This document shows, one piece after another, positions 21,272-33,424 of a stretch of DNA of 64,000 nt. Each line of letters begins with the position of its first letter. Positions within the stretch are counted from its first letter, which is position 1. The notes below the pieces were generated by a model. The model saw only the letters and a program-made list of their open reading frames with translations. It ran no database searches and was not told the origin of the DNA. Origin of the DNA: Spirochaetia bacterium (GTDB lineage Bacteria > Spirochaetota > Spirochaetia > SZUA-6 > Bin103). Both the position numbers and the translations under genes were made by a program. The stretch is taken from NCBI GenBank assembly GCA_965198005.1, contig CBDAOI010000004.1, positions 1,856,001 to 1,920,000 of the forward strand. The letters run 5' to 3'.

Positions 21272-23797
21272 ATGGAGCTGAAGGAGTACCAGGCCCGCGC
21301 GTTGGAAGCCTTCAGCCGCTGGCTGAGAGCGCTTGCGACGGCCCGGCAGGAGTGCGCAGTTTCTGTCGAAGCGTTGCACAAGGCGGGGGTGGACGTACCC
21401 GACGACATCCGCAACTATCCCGGTGCGGCCTGGCGGAAGCTGGCCGCGTCGGGCGGTGTCGCTGAAGGAGCAGGCCACTACGCCGACCGCACGGCGGACG
21501 CGGGGTTTCCGATCCCGCACGTCTGCTTCAAGGTCCCCACCGGGGGTGGAAAGACCCTGATGGCCGCGGCGGCTCTGGAACGGCTCAACCGGCCGACCGG
21601 CCTTACGCTCTGGATCACGCCGACCCGCGCCATCTATCAGCAGACCAGAATCGCCCTCCGGAACCGCGAGCATCCGTACCGGAACCTGCTCGAACGCGCC
21701 AGCGGCGGCCGCGTCAAGATGCTGGAGAAGGACGATCCGTTCACGGCCGGGGACGTCGCCAACTATCTGTGCGTCATGCTGTTGATGCTGCCCGCCGCCA
21801 ACCGGCAGAAGGGCAGGGAGTTCCTGCGCATGTTCCGCGATTCAGGGCGCTACCCGACGCTGTTCCCCGACACCGATGACCTGCTCGGTGACGGACGTCT
21901 GTTGCAGAAGTTTCCCGACCTGGAATGCACCTCCGCGGACGGCCCGATCAAGCACAGCCTGTTCAACGTGTTCAAGATGCTGCGTCCGGTAGTCGTGCTC
22001 GACGAAGCTCACAAGGCGTACGGGAAAGCCGAGGCCGCACGCGAGTTCGTGCGTTCGATCAATCGCCTCGACCCGAGCTTGGTACTGGAGTTGTCGGCTA
22101 CGCCGAACCGTACCATCAGCAACCTGCTGGTCGACATCTCCGGCGTCGACTTGAAGAACGAGGAGATGATCAAGCTTCCCGTGCGCGTGGAGTCGTTCAC
22201 CAACGCCGAGTGGCAACGCACGTTGGGGGAGGCGGCCGAGGAACTCAAGCGGCTGGAGGATGAGTCCCGATCCCTGCACATGAGCGGCGGCCGCTATATT
22301 CGCCCGATCGCGGTCGTGCGTGTGGAGCGCACCGGCAAGGAGCAGCGCGACGGCGAACGGGTTCACGCCGAAGACGTCCGCGAGTACCTGCAGCGAAGCC
22401 TTGGTGTTCCTTCCGAGGCGGTGCGGGTCAAGTCTGCCGAGCGCGACGAGCTGGGACGCGAGGATCTGCTCTCCGAGTTTTCGCCGGTCACCTGGATCAT
22501 CACCAAGGCGGCCCTGATGGAGGGGTGGGATTGCTCCTTCGCGTACGTATTGGTGATGCTGGACAACACCAGCGCTCAGCGCGCCATCACGCAACTGGTT
22601 GGTCGAGTCATGCGGCAGCCGTATGCGCGCCGCACGGGGCGCGAGGCTCTGGATCGATGCTACGTCTACTGCTGGAACACGGAGGTGGCGGCTGCCGTAC
22701 AGCACGTGAAGAACGGATTGGAGCAGGAGGGACTGACCGGGCTCGGCAACGAAGTATGGGGTACTGGCGGAAGCCTGGACTTGATAGAGGTGCAACGGCG
22801 TGAGCTGTTTCGCGGTGCCGACATCTTCCTGCCGAGAGTGCTCCACCAAGACGGCGCCGGTTGGCGCGAGCTGGACTATCAACGGGATATCCTGCCGGCC
22901 ATTGATTGGGGGGCGATCGAACCACCGGATCCGAAGCAATCGCTGCCAACCGTCGCCAAGCGGGAGGCGGCGTCGGTCGACGTAGGCGATGTTCGTCCGT
23001 TCACGTACGAGGCGTCCACGTATCTTGACATCGACAAGACCGTCGAATTGTCCTACTTCGCACGGCGGTTGTCCGACGTGGTGCCCAACCCGTGGCAGGC
23101 CGCGGGCTTTGCGGCGACGCTGATCAAGCGGCTGCGGGACAATGGGGACGAAGAAGCTGACATTTACGACCGACGCTCCTATCTCGCTTACGCCCTACGT
23201 GAAGCAGTCATCAACGAGGTCAAACGAATGGCGGAACAGGTGTTCCATGAAAAGCTGCGAAGATGCGACATCCGTTTCGACCTGGACGCCGACGTGCCTC
23301 GCTACCGAATACGCGAAAGCTACCAGATACCCGTGTCGGAATCAGACGGGTCTCTGCAGCGGCTCGGACGGCCAATGCAGCTCAACCTGCTCGACCCGGT
23401 ATTCGAGCGCCAGTTCGATTCCGAACTGGGAAAACGTTTCGCGTACTATCTCGACGAACAGAGAGCGCTGCGCTGGTGGCACCGTGTGGCCGTGCGGCAG
23501 CAAGGCGAGTACCACCTGCGTGGTTGGCGTCGGGAGCGGATCTACCCCGACTTCATCGCGATGGCGGGAGAGACCGCCGGCAAACCGCATCTCCTGGTAT
23601 TCGAAACCAAGGGCGAGCATCTACACAACAATCCGGATACCGAATGCAAGCGCAAGGTGCTGGAGACGCTCGAGTTCACGTTCAACGCCGGCAAGATGCA
23701 CATACGCGACGGTCCGGCAAAAGGAACGTTCCGCCTGATCTTCAACGAGGCCGAGTTCTCGACGGCACTGAACCGCGTAAAGACCTACACCGCGTAG
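21272..23797 (+). CDS. res: Type III restriction-modification system, Res helicase-endonuclease
   Basis: KVPTGGGKT, VLDEAH, LSATP, LMEGWD, QLVGRVMR, C-terminal PDFIA...FETKG nuclease motif. Confidence 0.9.
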   Translation: MELKEYQARALEAFSRWLRALATARQECAVSVEALHKAGVDVPDDIRNYPGAAWRKLAASGGVAEGAGHYADRTADAGFPIPHVCFKVPTGGGKTLMAAAALERLNRPTGLTLWITPTRAIYQQTRIALRNREHPYRNLLERASGGRVKMLEKDDPFTAGDVANYLCVMLLMLPAANRQKGREFLRMFRDSGRYPTLFPDTDDLLGDGRLLQKFPDLECTSADGPIKHSLFNVFKMLRPVVVLDEAHKAYGKAEAAREFVRSINRLDPSLVLELSATPNRTISNLLVDISGVDLKNEEMIKLPVRVESFTNAEWQRTLGEAAEELKRLEDESRSLHMSGGRYIRPIAVVRVERTGKEQRDGERVHAEDVREYLQRSLGVPSEAVRVKSAERDELGREDLLSEFSPVTWIITKAALMEGWDCSFAYVLVMLDNTSAQRAITQLVGRVMRQPYARRTGREALDRCYVYCWNTEVAAAVQHVKNGLEQEGLTGLGNEVWGTGGSLDLIEVQRRELFRGADIFLPRVLHQDGAGWRELDYQRDILPAIDWGAIEPPDPKQSLPTVAKREAASVDVGDVRPFTYEASTYLDIDKTVELSYFARRLSDVVPNPWQAAGFAATLIKRLRDNGDEEADIYDRRSYLAYALREAVINEVKRMAEQVFHEKLRRCDIRFDLDADVPRYRIRESYQIPVSESDGSLQRLGRPMQLNLLDPVFERQFDSELGKRFAYYLDEQRALRWWHRVAVRQQGEYHLRGWRRERIYPDFIAMAGETAGKPHLLVFETKGEHLHNNPDTECKRKVLETLEFTFNAGKMHIRDGPAKGTFRLIFNEAEFSTALNRVKTYTA

Positions 23798-23869
23798 GAG
23801 CGAGGAGCCTGATCTTGGCGGGAAAACGAGCTGCGAACTTGCATGAGATCGTATTCGGGTGCGCGCCGC

Positions 23870-24334
23870 GAGCAACCCCTTGATGGTTCGCACCTGCCCC
23901 TCCCGGCGGCCTTCCCGGCGGCCTTCCCGGCGCCCTCGCTCGATCATTTCCTCCACGTAGTTCATCACCTCTCCTCCGCGGCCCGGCACGTTCCTCCGCA
24001 ACGCCTCCGAGAACAGCTTGCGCTGTGCTTCCGGCTGCGTCGCCAGCACGTACTCCACGTACTTCGCCACTTCCTCGAGCTCCTTGGCGCGGTACAACTC
24101 CCCAATCAACCGCGTCACCCATTCCAGCAACTCCTCCGGCGCTTCCCGAAACGCCGCCATCAGCGCGATCTGCAACACCCGCGCCGCTACCGCGCCCGTC
24201 ACCGATTCCGCGCCCAGCTCCGTCTGGTCGATCAGCAGGTGCTCGAAGCTCGGTACCCACCGCCACTCCGGCGCCGCGTCCACTACGAGTTCCGCGAACT
24301 CCGGCTCGTAGTCCCACCGCTGCGCTCACTGATA
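23870..24334 (-). pseudogene. Rpn/YhgA-like (recombination-promoting nuclease) C-terminal fragment
   Basis: YQ*AQRW (TGA at 24326-24328), WVPSFEHLLIDQT, GGEVMNYVEEMIERGRREGRREGRREG repeats; N-terminal nuclease domain missing. Confidence 0.75.
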
Positions 24335-24562
24335 GCGCCCGAAAACCGCCGCTCTCAGCGCCGCTTTTCGCCCAGCCGAGCCTCTCTCTCGGAGCTGTCG
24401 TATCCGACCAGCTCCGGTAGTGTCGGTACCGTGCGCTACCACACAGAAAGAACGCACCCGAGAACGATCCTCGGACTGCCTCTCCTCAATCGGCCAAGCG
24501 CTCCGACTCATCCGTGAAGCACCGCCGTCCGCGCGCAGTTATCCGTAGTGCGGGTACCAACC

Positions 24563-25552
24563 ATGCTCCACGACGAAAACTACAAGCGCCTGTTCGCATT
24601 CCCGCTCATGGTCGAGCACCTGCTGCGCGCCTGCCTCCCCGGTGATCTGCTGGCCGCGGCAGACTTCTCCACCCTGAGCAAGCTCTCCACCGAGTACGTC
24701 AGTGACGAGCTGCGCAAGCGCCACGGCGACAACGTCTGGCGCCTGCGCCTGCGGCGGCGGCGGCGCTGGGCGTATGTGCTGGTGCTGCTGGAGTTCCAGT
24801 CCGAAGACGATCACTGGATGGCGCTGCGCATCCAAACCTACGCCGGTCTGCTGTACCAGGAGCTGGTGCGTAACAAGGCGCCCGAGGTGGCCGCCGGACG
24901 ACTGCCGGCGGTGCTGCCGGTGGTGCTCTACAACGGCACCGGGCGGTGGAAATCGGCGCGGGAGCTCGGCGGGCTGATTGGGCCGCTCGGGGCGTGGCTG
25001 GCGCCGCCGCAACCGGCTCCGCGCTACTACCTGCTTGACGTGCAGCGCGTAGCGGGGGACGATTTGCCGCCGCACAACCTGCTGCGCGCGGTGGCGGGAC
25101 TGGAGCAGAGCCGGTTGCCGGAGGACGTGCTGCGGGTGTGGGAGGCACTGCAGCCCTGGTTGCGGGACCGGCGGGAGCGGGAGTTGCAGCGCGCGTTCGT
25201 CGATTGGGTGCGGCTGATCGTGGAGCGGCTGGCGCCGGCGGGTACACCGCTGCCGCCGATGCGGACGTTGGAGGAGGTCAGAATGACACTGGTGGAGCGG
25301 GTAGCCGAGTGGCCCAAGCAGTGGCTCCGGGAGGGTCGCGAGCAGGGACTGGAGCAGGGACTGGAGCAGCAGCGGGCGCTGCTGTGCCGGCAGGCGGCGG
25401 CGCGCTTCGGTGCCGCCACGGCTGCCCGTCTGGCCGGCGCGCTGGCGCCGATCGCCGATCCGGAACGGCTGGCCGAGGTCGGTGACTGGCTGGTGCGCTG
25501 CGACACCGCCGCCGAGTTTCTCGCCCGCGTCGATCCGGCGTCACCTTCCTGA
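24563..25552 (+). CDS. Rpn family PD-(D/E)xK protein (putative transposase / anti-phage toxin)
   Basis: HDENYKRLF, GDNVWRL, LLEFQS, LPVVLYNG..W, MTLVERVAEW..WLREGREQGLEQGLEQ, ARFG tail. Confidence 0.9.
   Translation: MLHDENYKRLFAFPLMVEHLLRACLPGDLLAAADFSTLSKLSTEYVSDELRKRHGDNVWRLRLRRRRRWAYVLVLLEFQSEDDHWMALRIQTYAGLLYQELVRNKAPEVAAGRLPAVLPVVLYNGTGRWKSARELGGLIGPLGAWLAPPQPAPRYYLLDVQRVAGDDLPPHNLLRAVAGLEQSRLPEDVLRVWEALQPWLRDRRERELQRAFVDWVRLIVERLAPAGTPLPPMRTLEEVRMTLVERVAEWPKQWLREGREQGLEQGLEQQRALLCRQAAARFGAATAARLAGALAPIADPERLAEVGDWLVRCDTAAEFLARVDPASPS
25283..25552 (+). CDS. Probable intragenic small Rpn protein (RpnS-type antitoxin) from an internal start
   Basis: GGAGGAGG-TCAGA-ATG in frame inside the rpn gene, immediately before the EQG-repeat region; 89 aa. 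Confidence 0.55.
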   Translation: MTLVERVAEWPKQWLREGREQGLEQGLEQQRALLCRQAAARFGAATAARLAGALAPIADPERLAEVGDWLVRCDTAAEFLARVDPASPS

Positions 25553-25783
25553 CGGACCTCGCCACGACGCCACCCCACGAGTAATCCGGAACATCCGGCG
25601 CGAACTGTCCGCGAACCAATCACCAACGCTGCAGCGAGGTTCAGCACCTCTCCACCAACCTGAGCGCAACTAGCCACACGGGCACGCGTTGGAAGTACGT
25701 GTCGTGCGGCTGACTGATCGCCTGCTGCGGCTCCTCGGTGTCCGGTTGCCTGGCGCCCGCTCGTCAGCCATGAGACCCCGCTA

Positions 25784-26659
25784 TCAGTTCAGGGCCGCCT
25801 GGGGTGGCGAATCGCGAGTGTTATGGGCGAGGGTGGCGAGGGCGGTGATGATGTGGCCGTGGGGGTCGAGCAGGCGCAGGATGGTGGTGGCGGGGGCGAG
25901 GGTGCCGTAGGTGAGGTGGGCGCCGGAGCCGGTCAGGCGGCGGCGGAGTGCGTGCAGCTCGGCCACGGCGCGGGGGCCGGCGGCGATGCAGGTGGCCCAG
26001 CCGCGACTGCCGCCGAAGCCGCCGGGGCCGTGCGGGACCGCCGGCGGGCGCAGGTCCCAGCGTTCGCGGTAGAGCACGGTGCGGTCGCGGAGCAGGGTGA
26101 GGCGGTAGCCGAGGCGGGCGAACTGCCAGCTTTCGCCCATGCGGGAGCGGCCGGGGCAGCCGCATTCGATAAGCAGACACTCGCCGCCGCGGGTCAGGCT
26201 GACGACGGTGGACTGGACCACGGCGGCGCCCGCGAACGGGATCAGCGGCTGCCCCAGCGCGCGCAGGTAGCTGCCGCCGGTCACGTGCGCCGCGAGCTGC
26301 TGGCAGGCGGGGGTGGGCGCGGCGGCGGCGGTGGGCGGGGGGAGCGCCAGGGTGCTGGCCGGCGGCGCCCAGGTCACGGTGGCCGCGCCGTCCAGGGTGA
26401 CCCGTTGCAGGTGGCGCTCGCCGGTGCGCAGGCCGCCGCCCTGGTCGACCGGCGCCGCCAGCAGCGAGCCGTCGGCGGCCGGCAGCACCTGCAGGAACAG
26501 CGGCGCGCCGTAGCGGGTGCGCCAGCGGCGCCCGGTCACGGTCAGCCGCAGCCGGGCGCGGCCGGCGCGGAGTGGGGCGGCCGGTAGCGCGCGCCGGCCG
26601 GCGGCCCCGGGCTCAGTGCGCGTGGTGATGGGGGTGTTCGTGGTGGTGATGCTGGCCAT
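25784..26659 (-). CDS. ureD: Urease accessory protein UreD (divergent; start uncertain)
   Basis: DQGGGLRTGE, QPLIPFAGA, PGRSRMGESWQF motifs; last gene of the urease cluster. Confidence 0.75.
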   Translation of the reverse strand: MASITTTNTPITTRTEPGAAGRRALPAAPLRAGRARLRLTVTGRRWRTRYGAPLFLQVLPAADGSLLAAPVDQGGGLRTGERHLQRVTLDGAATVTWAPPASTLALPPPTAAAAPTPACQQLAAHVTGGSYLRALGQPLIPFAGAAVVQSTVVSLTRGGECLLIECGCPGRSRMGESWQFARLGYRLTLLRDRTVLYRERWDLRPPAVPHGPGGFGGSRGWATCIAAGPRAVAELHALRRRLTGSGAHLTYGTLAPATTILRLLDPHGHIITALATLAHNTRDSPPQAALN

Positions 26660-27362
26660 GGCCGTGGTCGTGACCGTGCGCGTCGTTGCCGCCCCAGGGC
26701 GGCGGTTCGGGGCGCGGCGCCGGGGCCGCGCAGGCCGCGCGGACCCAGGACACCACCCGGTCGACGCCGGTACCGTCCTTCATGTTGGTCATCACGAACG
26801 GCAGCGCACCGCGCGCGGCACGCACGTCGGCGGCCATGCGGTCCAGGTCGACCTCGACGTACGGGGCGAGGTCGATCTTGTTCACCACCAGCAGGTCGCT
26901 GCGGGTGATGCCCAGCCCGCCCTTGCGCGGGATGTCGCCGCCCTGCGCGACGTCGATCACGTAGATCTGGAAGTCGACCAGGTCGGGGCTGAAGCTGGCC
27001 GCCAGGTTGTCGCCGCCGCTCTCGATGAACGCCAGCCGGGCGTCGGCGAACCGCTCCTGCAAGCCGGTCAGGGCGTCCAGGTTGACCGAGATGTCGTCGC
27101 GCACCGCGGCGTGCGGGCAGCCGCCGGTCTCCACGCCCACGATCCGGCCGCGGCCAAGGGCGCCGGCGCGAATCAGGAACTCCGCATCCTCGCGCGAGTA
27201 GATGTCGTTGGTGATCGCGACGATCGAGTGGTCGGCACCCAGGCGCTGGCACAGGCGCAGCAGCAGGTGGCTCTTGCCCGAGCCCACCGGCCCCCCGATT
27301 CCGAACCGAACCGGCCGCCCCTGGCCGTTCTCACACCGGTTCCCGTTCCCGTTCAACTCCAT
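26613..27362 (-). CDS. ureG: Urease accessory GTPase UreG with His-rich C-terminal tail
   Basis: GGPVGSGKS, GVETGGCPH, ESGGDNL, NKIDL; tail HGHDHGHGQHHHHEHPHHHAH. Confidence 0.95.
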   Translation of the reverse strand: MELNGNGNRCENGQGRPVRFGIGGPVGSGKSHLLLRLCQRLGADHSIVAITNDIYSREDAEFLIRAGALGRGRIVGVETGGCPHAAVRDDISVNLDALTGLQERFADARLAFIESGGDNLAASFSPDLVDFQIYVIDVAQGGDIPRKGGLGITRSDLLVVNKIDLAPYVEVDLDRMAADVRAARGALPFVMTNMKDGTGVDRVVSWVRAACAAPAPRPEPPPWGGNDAHGHDHGHGQHHHHEHPHHHAH

Positions 27363-27381
27363 TTCTTCTCCATTGGTCTCC

Positions 27382-28269
27382 TCAACTGCGGAAGTAGCGT
27401 GCCGGGAGCTCGCCGTGCCCCAGCATCGACAGGTCCCAACCGGGGGCCGCGCTCGCCGGCGGCCGCGGCCGCTGCGCCACGCTCGCCGCCAGCGCGGTGA
27501 CCTCGTCCAGCAGAGCCCCCAGCACGCCGAGGGCCGCGGCTTGGCCGAGCGGCACCAGCCGCACCGCCACCTGCGACCACTGGCGCACCACGGCCAGCAG
27601 ATACGCCTGCAGCAGCTCTACGGGGCCGAGGCCGAGGAGGCCGCCGGCCAAGCCCCAGGCCACCGGAAGCTGCAACCGTTCCGGCCGCCCGCGCCCGGCC
27701 GCCCGTACCGCAGCGTAGCACGGATTCCCGGCCAGCTCCGGGAAGGCCTGCAGCGCCGCGGTCAGCAGCGACCGCCCCAACTGGGCACCGGCGGCCCGCG
27801 CCTCGCGCGACGGCAGGAAGCTGGCGACCGTGTCGCTCAGGCGGGCAACCTCCCGCGCGGCGGCGGTCGCCGCGGCCGTGGCCGGAAGCGTTCCGTTCAG
27901 GCGCGGCGCCCCGGTCCCGGCTTGCGCCGCCGCTTGCGCCTCGATCCGACACGCCCGGTCCGTCTCAACCGCTCCGGCCGCCGGAGGGGTTCCGCTCAGG
28001 TGTAGCGTTTCGGCCCCGTCTCCCGCCGCCAAATACCGGCGGCTCAGGCGGGCGGCGCGCACCACTGCCTGGCCGTCGAGCGGCGCCACGCCGAAGCGCA
28101 CCACCTCCCGCGTCCAGCGCTCCAGCGTCGCCGCATCGGTCACCCAACCGGCGCGCACCGCCCACTCCAGCCCCCAGGAGTGCGCGAACGCACCGGTCGG
28201 CAGCGCGCTGTCGGCCAGAACCAGCAGCCGCGCGCGCGCCCGGTCACCCGCTTCCGTCGCCTTCACCAT
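27382..28269 (-). CDS. ureF: Urease accessory protein UreF
   Basis: LADSALPTGAFAHSWGLE, AVRLVPLGQ, H..L..RYFRS. Confidence 0.9.
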   Translation of the reverse strand: MVKATEAGDRARARLLVLADSALPTGAFAHSWGLEWAVRAGWVTDAATLERWTREVVRFGVAPLDGQAVVRAARLSRRYLAAGDGAETLHLSGTPPAAGAVETDRACRIEAQAAAQAGTGAPRLNGTLPATAAATAAAREVARLSDTVASFLPSREARAAGAQLGRSLLTAALQAFPELAGNPCYAAVRAAGRGRPERLQLPVAWGLAGGLLGLGPVELLQAYLLAVVRQWSQVAVRLVPLGQAAALGVLGALLDEVTALAASVAQRPRPPASAAPGWDLSMLGHGELPARYFRS

Positions 28270-28273
28270 CACA

Positions 28274-30086
<1,813 letters not shown>

Positions 30087-30094
<8 letters not shown>

Positions 30095-30488
30095 CGCGGA
30101 ATCCTCCCTCACGCACCGCGGCCATCGCGGCCGTGCGTACCGTTTCATCGTCCAGGGCGCCGCCCACCAGGCCGTTGAGGCCGTAGCACACCCGTTCCCC
30201 GCCGAACGCCATCAGGGTCACCAGATGGCGCTGCCCCGGCTCGAACCGCACCGCGGTGCCGGCGGGAATCGCCAGCTTCATGCCGTAGGCGCGGGCGCGG
30301 TCGAACTCCAACGCCCGGTTCACTTCGAAGAAGTGAAAGTGACTGCCCACCTGGATCGGACGGTCGCCGGTGTTGGCCACCTGCAACTGGAGCGTCTGCC
30401 GGTGCGGCAGGCTGCGCCAGGATGAGCGCGCGGTCCAGATCTGGCCGGGGGCCCAGCCGTTGCCGGCTGCCTGACGGTCGCCCTTCAT
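30087..30488 (-). CDS. ureB: Urease subunit beta
   Basis: [31 protein letters not shown]. Confidence 0.95.
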
Positions 30489-30784
30489 TGGATCGGGTGG
30501 TGGACGGTCACCAGCTTGGTCCCGTCGGGAAAGGTCGCCTCGATCTGCACGCTCGGAATCATCGCCGCCACGCCGCCCATCACCTGTTCCTCCGAAAGAA
30601 GCGAACTGGCCGATTCGACCACGTCGGTCAGCGGCCGCCCCTCGCGCGCCCACTCCATGATCTGGGTGGCGATGATCGCCGTGGCCTCGGGATAGTTGAG
30701 CTTGATCCCGCGCTGCAGCCGGTCGCGCGCGACCATGCCCGCGACCGCCAGCAACAGTTTGTCCCGCTCATGTGGAGTAAACAC
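30485..30784 (-). CDS. ureA: Urease subunit gamma
   Basis: [32 protein letters not shown]. Confidence 0.97.
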   Translation of the reverse strand: MFTPHERDKLLLAVAGMVARDRLQRGIKLNYPEATAIIATQIMEWAREGRPLTDVVESASSLLSEEQVMGGVAAMIPSVQIEATFPDGTKLVTVHHPIQ

Positions 30785-30821
30785 TCACTCAGTCCTCCTG
30801 TGTTACAGCGTCAGATGCCTG

Positions 30822-31520
30822 TTACAGCGTCAGGTGCCCCTCGACGACCGCGCGGCTGGCCACGTCCGCGTTGCCCTCGTGCACGAACACCCCATGGTCC
30901 ATCACGTAGACCCGATCGGCGAGACGCAGGGCGAAGTCGAGCGACTGCTCGACCAGCAGAATGGACAGCTCCCCGACGCCGCGGAGCTCGCGGATCGCCC
31001 GTTCGACTTCCTGCACGATGGACGGCTGGATGCCCTCGGTCGGCTCGTCGAGCAGGAGCAGCCGCGGCCCGGTAATGAGCACCCGCGCGATCGCGAGCTG
31101 CTGCTGCTGGCCGCCGCTCAGGTCGCCGCCGCGCCGGTCCAGGATGTGCTTCAACTCCGGGAACAGCTCGTACAGCCACGCGGGCATCTCGTCACGCGAC
31201 CGGCCGCGCGCCTCCAGACCGAGCAACAGATTCTCGGCTACGGTCAGAAACGGGAAGATCTCGCGTCCCTGCGGCACGTAGCCGATGCCGGCGCGGGCCC
31301 GCCGGTAGGAGGTCCAGCCGGTGACGTCGGCGCCGGTGAAGGTGATGTCTCCGGCACGCACGGCGAGCACCCCGATCAGGGTCTTCATCAGCGTCGACTT
31401 GCCGACCCCGTTGCGGCCCATCACCGCCACCACCTCTCCCGGCGCCACCGCCAGATCCACGCCGTGCAGCACCGTGGAGCTGCCGTATCCGGCCTGCAGG
31501 CCGCGCGTCTCAAGTAGCAT
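30822..31520 (-). CDS. urtE: Urea ABC transporter ATP-binding protein UrtE
   Basis: GRNGVGKST, YVPQGREIFP, LSGGQQQQLAIAR, DEPTEGIQPSI. Confidence 0.92.
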   Translation of the reverse strand: MLLETRGLQAGYGSSTVLHGVDLAVAPGEVVAVMGRNGVGKSTLMKTLIGVLAVRAGDITFTGADVTGWTSYRRARAGIGYVPQGREIFPFLTVAENLLLGLEARGRSRDEMPAWLYELFPELKHILDRRGGDLSGGQQQQLAIARVLITGPRLLLLDEPTEGIQPSIVQEVERAIRELRGVGELSILLVEQSLDFALRLADRVYVMDHGVFVHEGNADVASRAVVEGHLTL

Positions 31521-32280
31521 GGCCGCCGTCCGCCCCGCGCCCCAGGTACACGTCGATCACCGTGGGGTCGTTCCTGACCGTGTCGAAGTCGCCCTGGCAG
31601 ATCACCCGCCCCGCGTGCAGCACCGTCACCAGACTCGAAAACCGGCTCACGAACTGCATGTCGTGCTCGACCACCACCACCGAGCGGTCCGCCGCGATCG
31701 CTTTCAGGATGGTGCCGGTACGCTCCCGCTCGGCCGGGGTCATGCCCGCCACCGGCTCGTCCACCAGCAGCAGCTCCGGCTCCTGCACGATGGTCATCCC
31801 CAACTCCAGCCACTGCTTCTCGCCGTGGGCGAGCGTCCCGGCCGTCGCGTGGCGGAGATCGGTCAACCCCACCATCTCCAACACCCGGTCGATCCGCTGC
31901 GGCGCGGACGAGGAGTCCTGCCGGCGGTGGAACGTGGCCGCCAGGAAGCCGCGCGGCACCTCCACGGCCAGCTCCATGTTCTCGGCCACGGTGAGGCTGT
32001 CGAACACCGACGGCGTCTGGAACTTGCGGCTGATGCCCAGGCGCGCGATCGCGTCCTGGTCGTGCGCCAGCAGATCGACCTGGTTGGCGAACTGCACCCG
32101 TCCCGACACCGGCTTGACCTTGCCGCAGATCACGTCCAGCAGGGTGGTCTTGCCGGCCCCGTTGGGACCGATCAGGAACCGCAACTCCCCGGTGCGCACG
32201 ATCAGGTTGACGTGATCCAGCGCCTTGAAGCCGTCGAAGTCGACCACCACCGACTCCACGTACAGGATGTCGTCGATCAT
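31510..32280 (-). CDS. urtD: Urea ABC transporter ATP-binding protein UrtD
   Basis: FDGFKAL, GPNGAGKTT, RKFQTPSVF, LAHGEKQWLE, DEPVAGM, VYLGR. Confidence 0.92.
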   Translation of the reverse strand: MIDDILYVESVVVDFDGFKALDHVNLIVRTGELRFLIGPNGAGKTTLLDVICGKVKPVSGRVQFANQVDLLAHDQDAIARLGISRKFQTPSVFDSLTVAENMELAVEVPRGFLAATFHRRQDSSSAPQRIDRVLEMVGLTDLRHATAGTLAHGEKQWLELGMTIVQEPELLLVDEPVAGMTPAERERTGTILKAIAADRSVVVVEHDMQFVSRFSSLVTVLHAGRVICQGDFDTVRNDPTVIDVYLGRGADGGHAT

Positions 32281-33413
32281 GCGCCGCTCTCCCGGGTGGA
32301 AGCCGCGGCCGCCGCGGCGGAGGCGGCTGGGGCGGGAGTGCCGGCGCTCGCAGGGGTCGCCGGCGTTCCGGCCCGGGCGCCCCGCCGCAGCAGCGCGCGC
32401 ACCTGGCCGGGGATGCCCACCAAACCGCGCGGAAACAGCAGCACGACGCCGATGAACAGGGCGCCGAACACGTACAGCCACATCTCGGGCAGCGACTCGC
32501 TGAATACGGTCTTGGCCCAGTTGATCACCAGCGCGCCCAGCGCCGCGCCGAAGATGGTGCCGCGGCCGCCCACCGCGACCGCGATCGCCAGCTCCACCGA
32601 CGGCAGGATGCCCATCCCCGACGGGCTGATGATCCCCACCTGCGGCACGAACAGCGCGCCCGCCAAGCCGGCGATGCCCGCCGACAGCGCGAACGTCACC
32701 ACCTTGTAGCGCACCGGGTTGTAGCCCAGGAAGCGCAGCCGGTTCTCGCCGTCGCGGATCGCCACCAGCACGGTTCCGGTCTTGGTGCCCACCAGCCAGC
32801 GGGCGAACACGATCACGCCCAGCAGGGTGAGCACGGTGATCAGGTAGAGCCCGAGCCTGGTGCCCGAACTGTAGAGCGACAGTCCGGCCACGGCGCGGAA
32901 GTTGGTGATGCCGTTGGTGCCGCCCGTGAACGGCTGCTGGCCGATGAACAGGATGGTCATGGCCAACGCCAGCGCCTGGGTCAGAATCGAGAAGTACACC
33001 CCCTTGATGCCGGCGCGGAAGGTGGGGTAGCCCACCACCAGGGCGAACGCCACCGGGATCACCACCGCCATCGGCAGCGCGAACGCGAAGTGCCGGAACG
33101 GCTCCCAGAACCAGGGCAGCCGCTCCAGGCCGCTCCACACCATGAAGTCCGGCAGCTCCTCCGACTGCAGCTTCATGTGCATCGCCATGCTGTACGCGCC
33201 GAGACTGAAGAACACGCCGTGTCCCAGGCTCAATACGCCGGCGTAGCCCCACAGCAGGTCGAGGCCGACCGCGGCCACCGCGAACGTCAGGTATTTGCCC
33301 ACCAGAGCAAGGCGGAAGTCGGACAGCAGCAGCGGCATCGCCAGCAGCACCCCGGCCACCACCGCCAGTCCCACGTAGCTCCAGCGGGCCGCCGGTACGG
33401 GCGTCGTGTCCAT
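32277..33413 (-). CDS. urtC: Urea ABC transporter permease UrtC
   Basis: LVGKYL, WGYAGVLSLGHG, LPDFMVWSG, GVYFSILTQA, AIRDGENRLRFLGY. Confidence 0.92.
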   Translation of the reverse strand: MDTTPVPAARWSYVGLAVVAGVLLAMPLLLSDFRLALVGKYLTFAVAAVGLDLLWGYAGVLSLGHGVFFSLGAYSMAMHMKLQSEELPDFMVWSGLERLPWFWEPFRHFAFALPMAVVIPVAFALVVGYPTFRAGIKGVYFSILTQALALAMTILFIGQQPFTGGTNGITNFRAVAGLSLYSSGTRLGLYLITVLTLLGVIVFARWLVGTKTGTVLVAIRDGENRLRFLGYNPVRYKVVTFALSAGIAGLAGALFVPQVGIISPSGMGILPSVELAIAVAVGGRGTIFGAALGALVINWAKTVFSESLPEMWLYVFGALFIGVVLLFPRGLVGIPGQVRALLRRGARAGTPATPASAGTPAPAASAAAAAASTRESGA

Positions 33414-33424
33414 CGCGTCGATCC

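Noticed and set aside
25553-25780. Possible IS end after the rpn gene (CTCCACCAACCTGAGCGCAACTA)
   Set aside because: No matching partner end or transposase seen in the window
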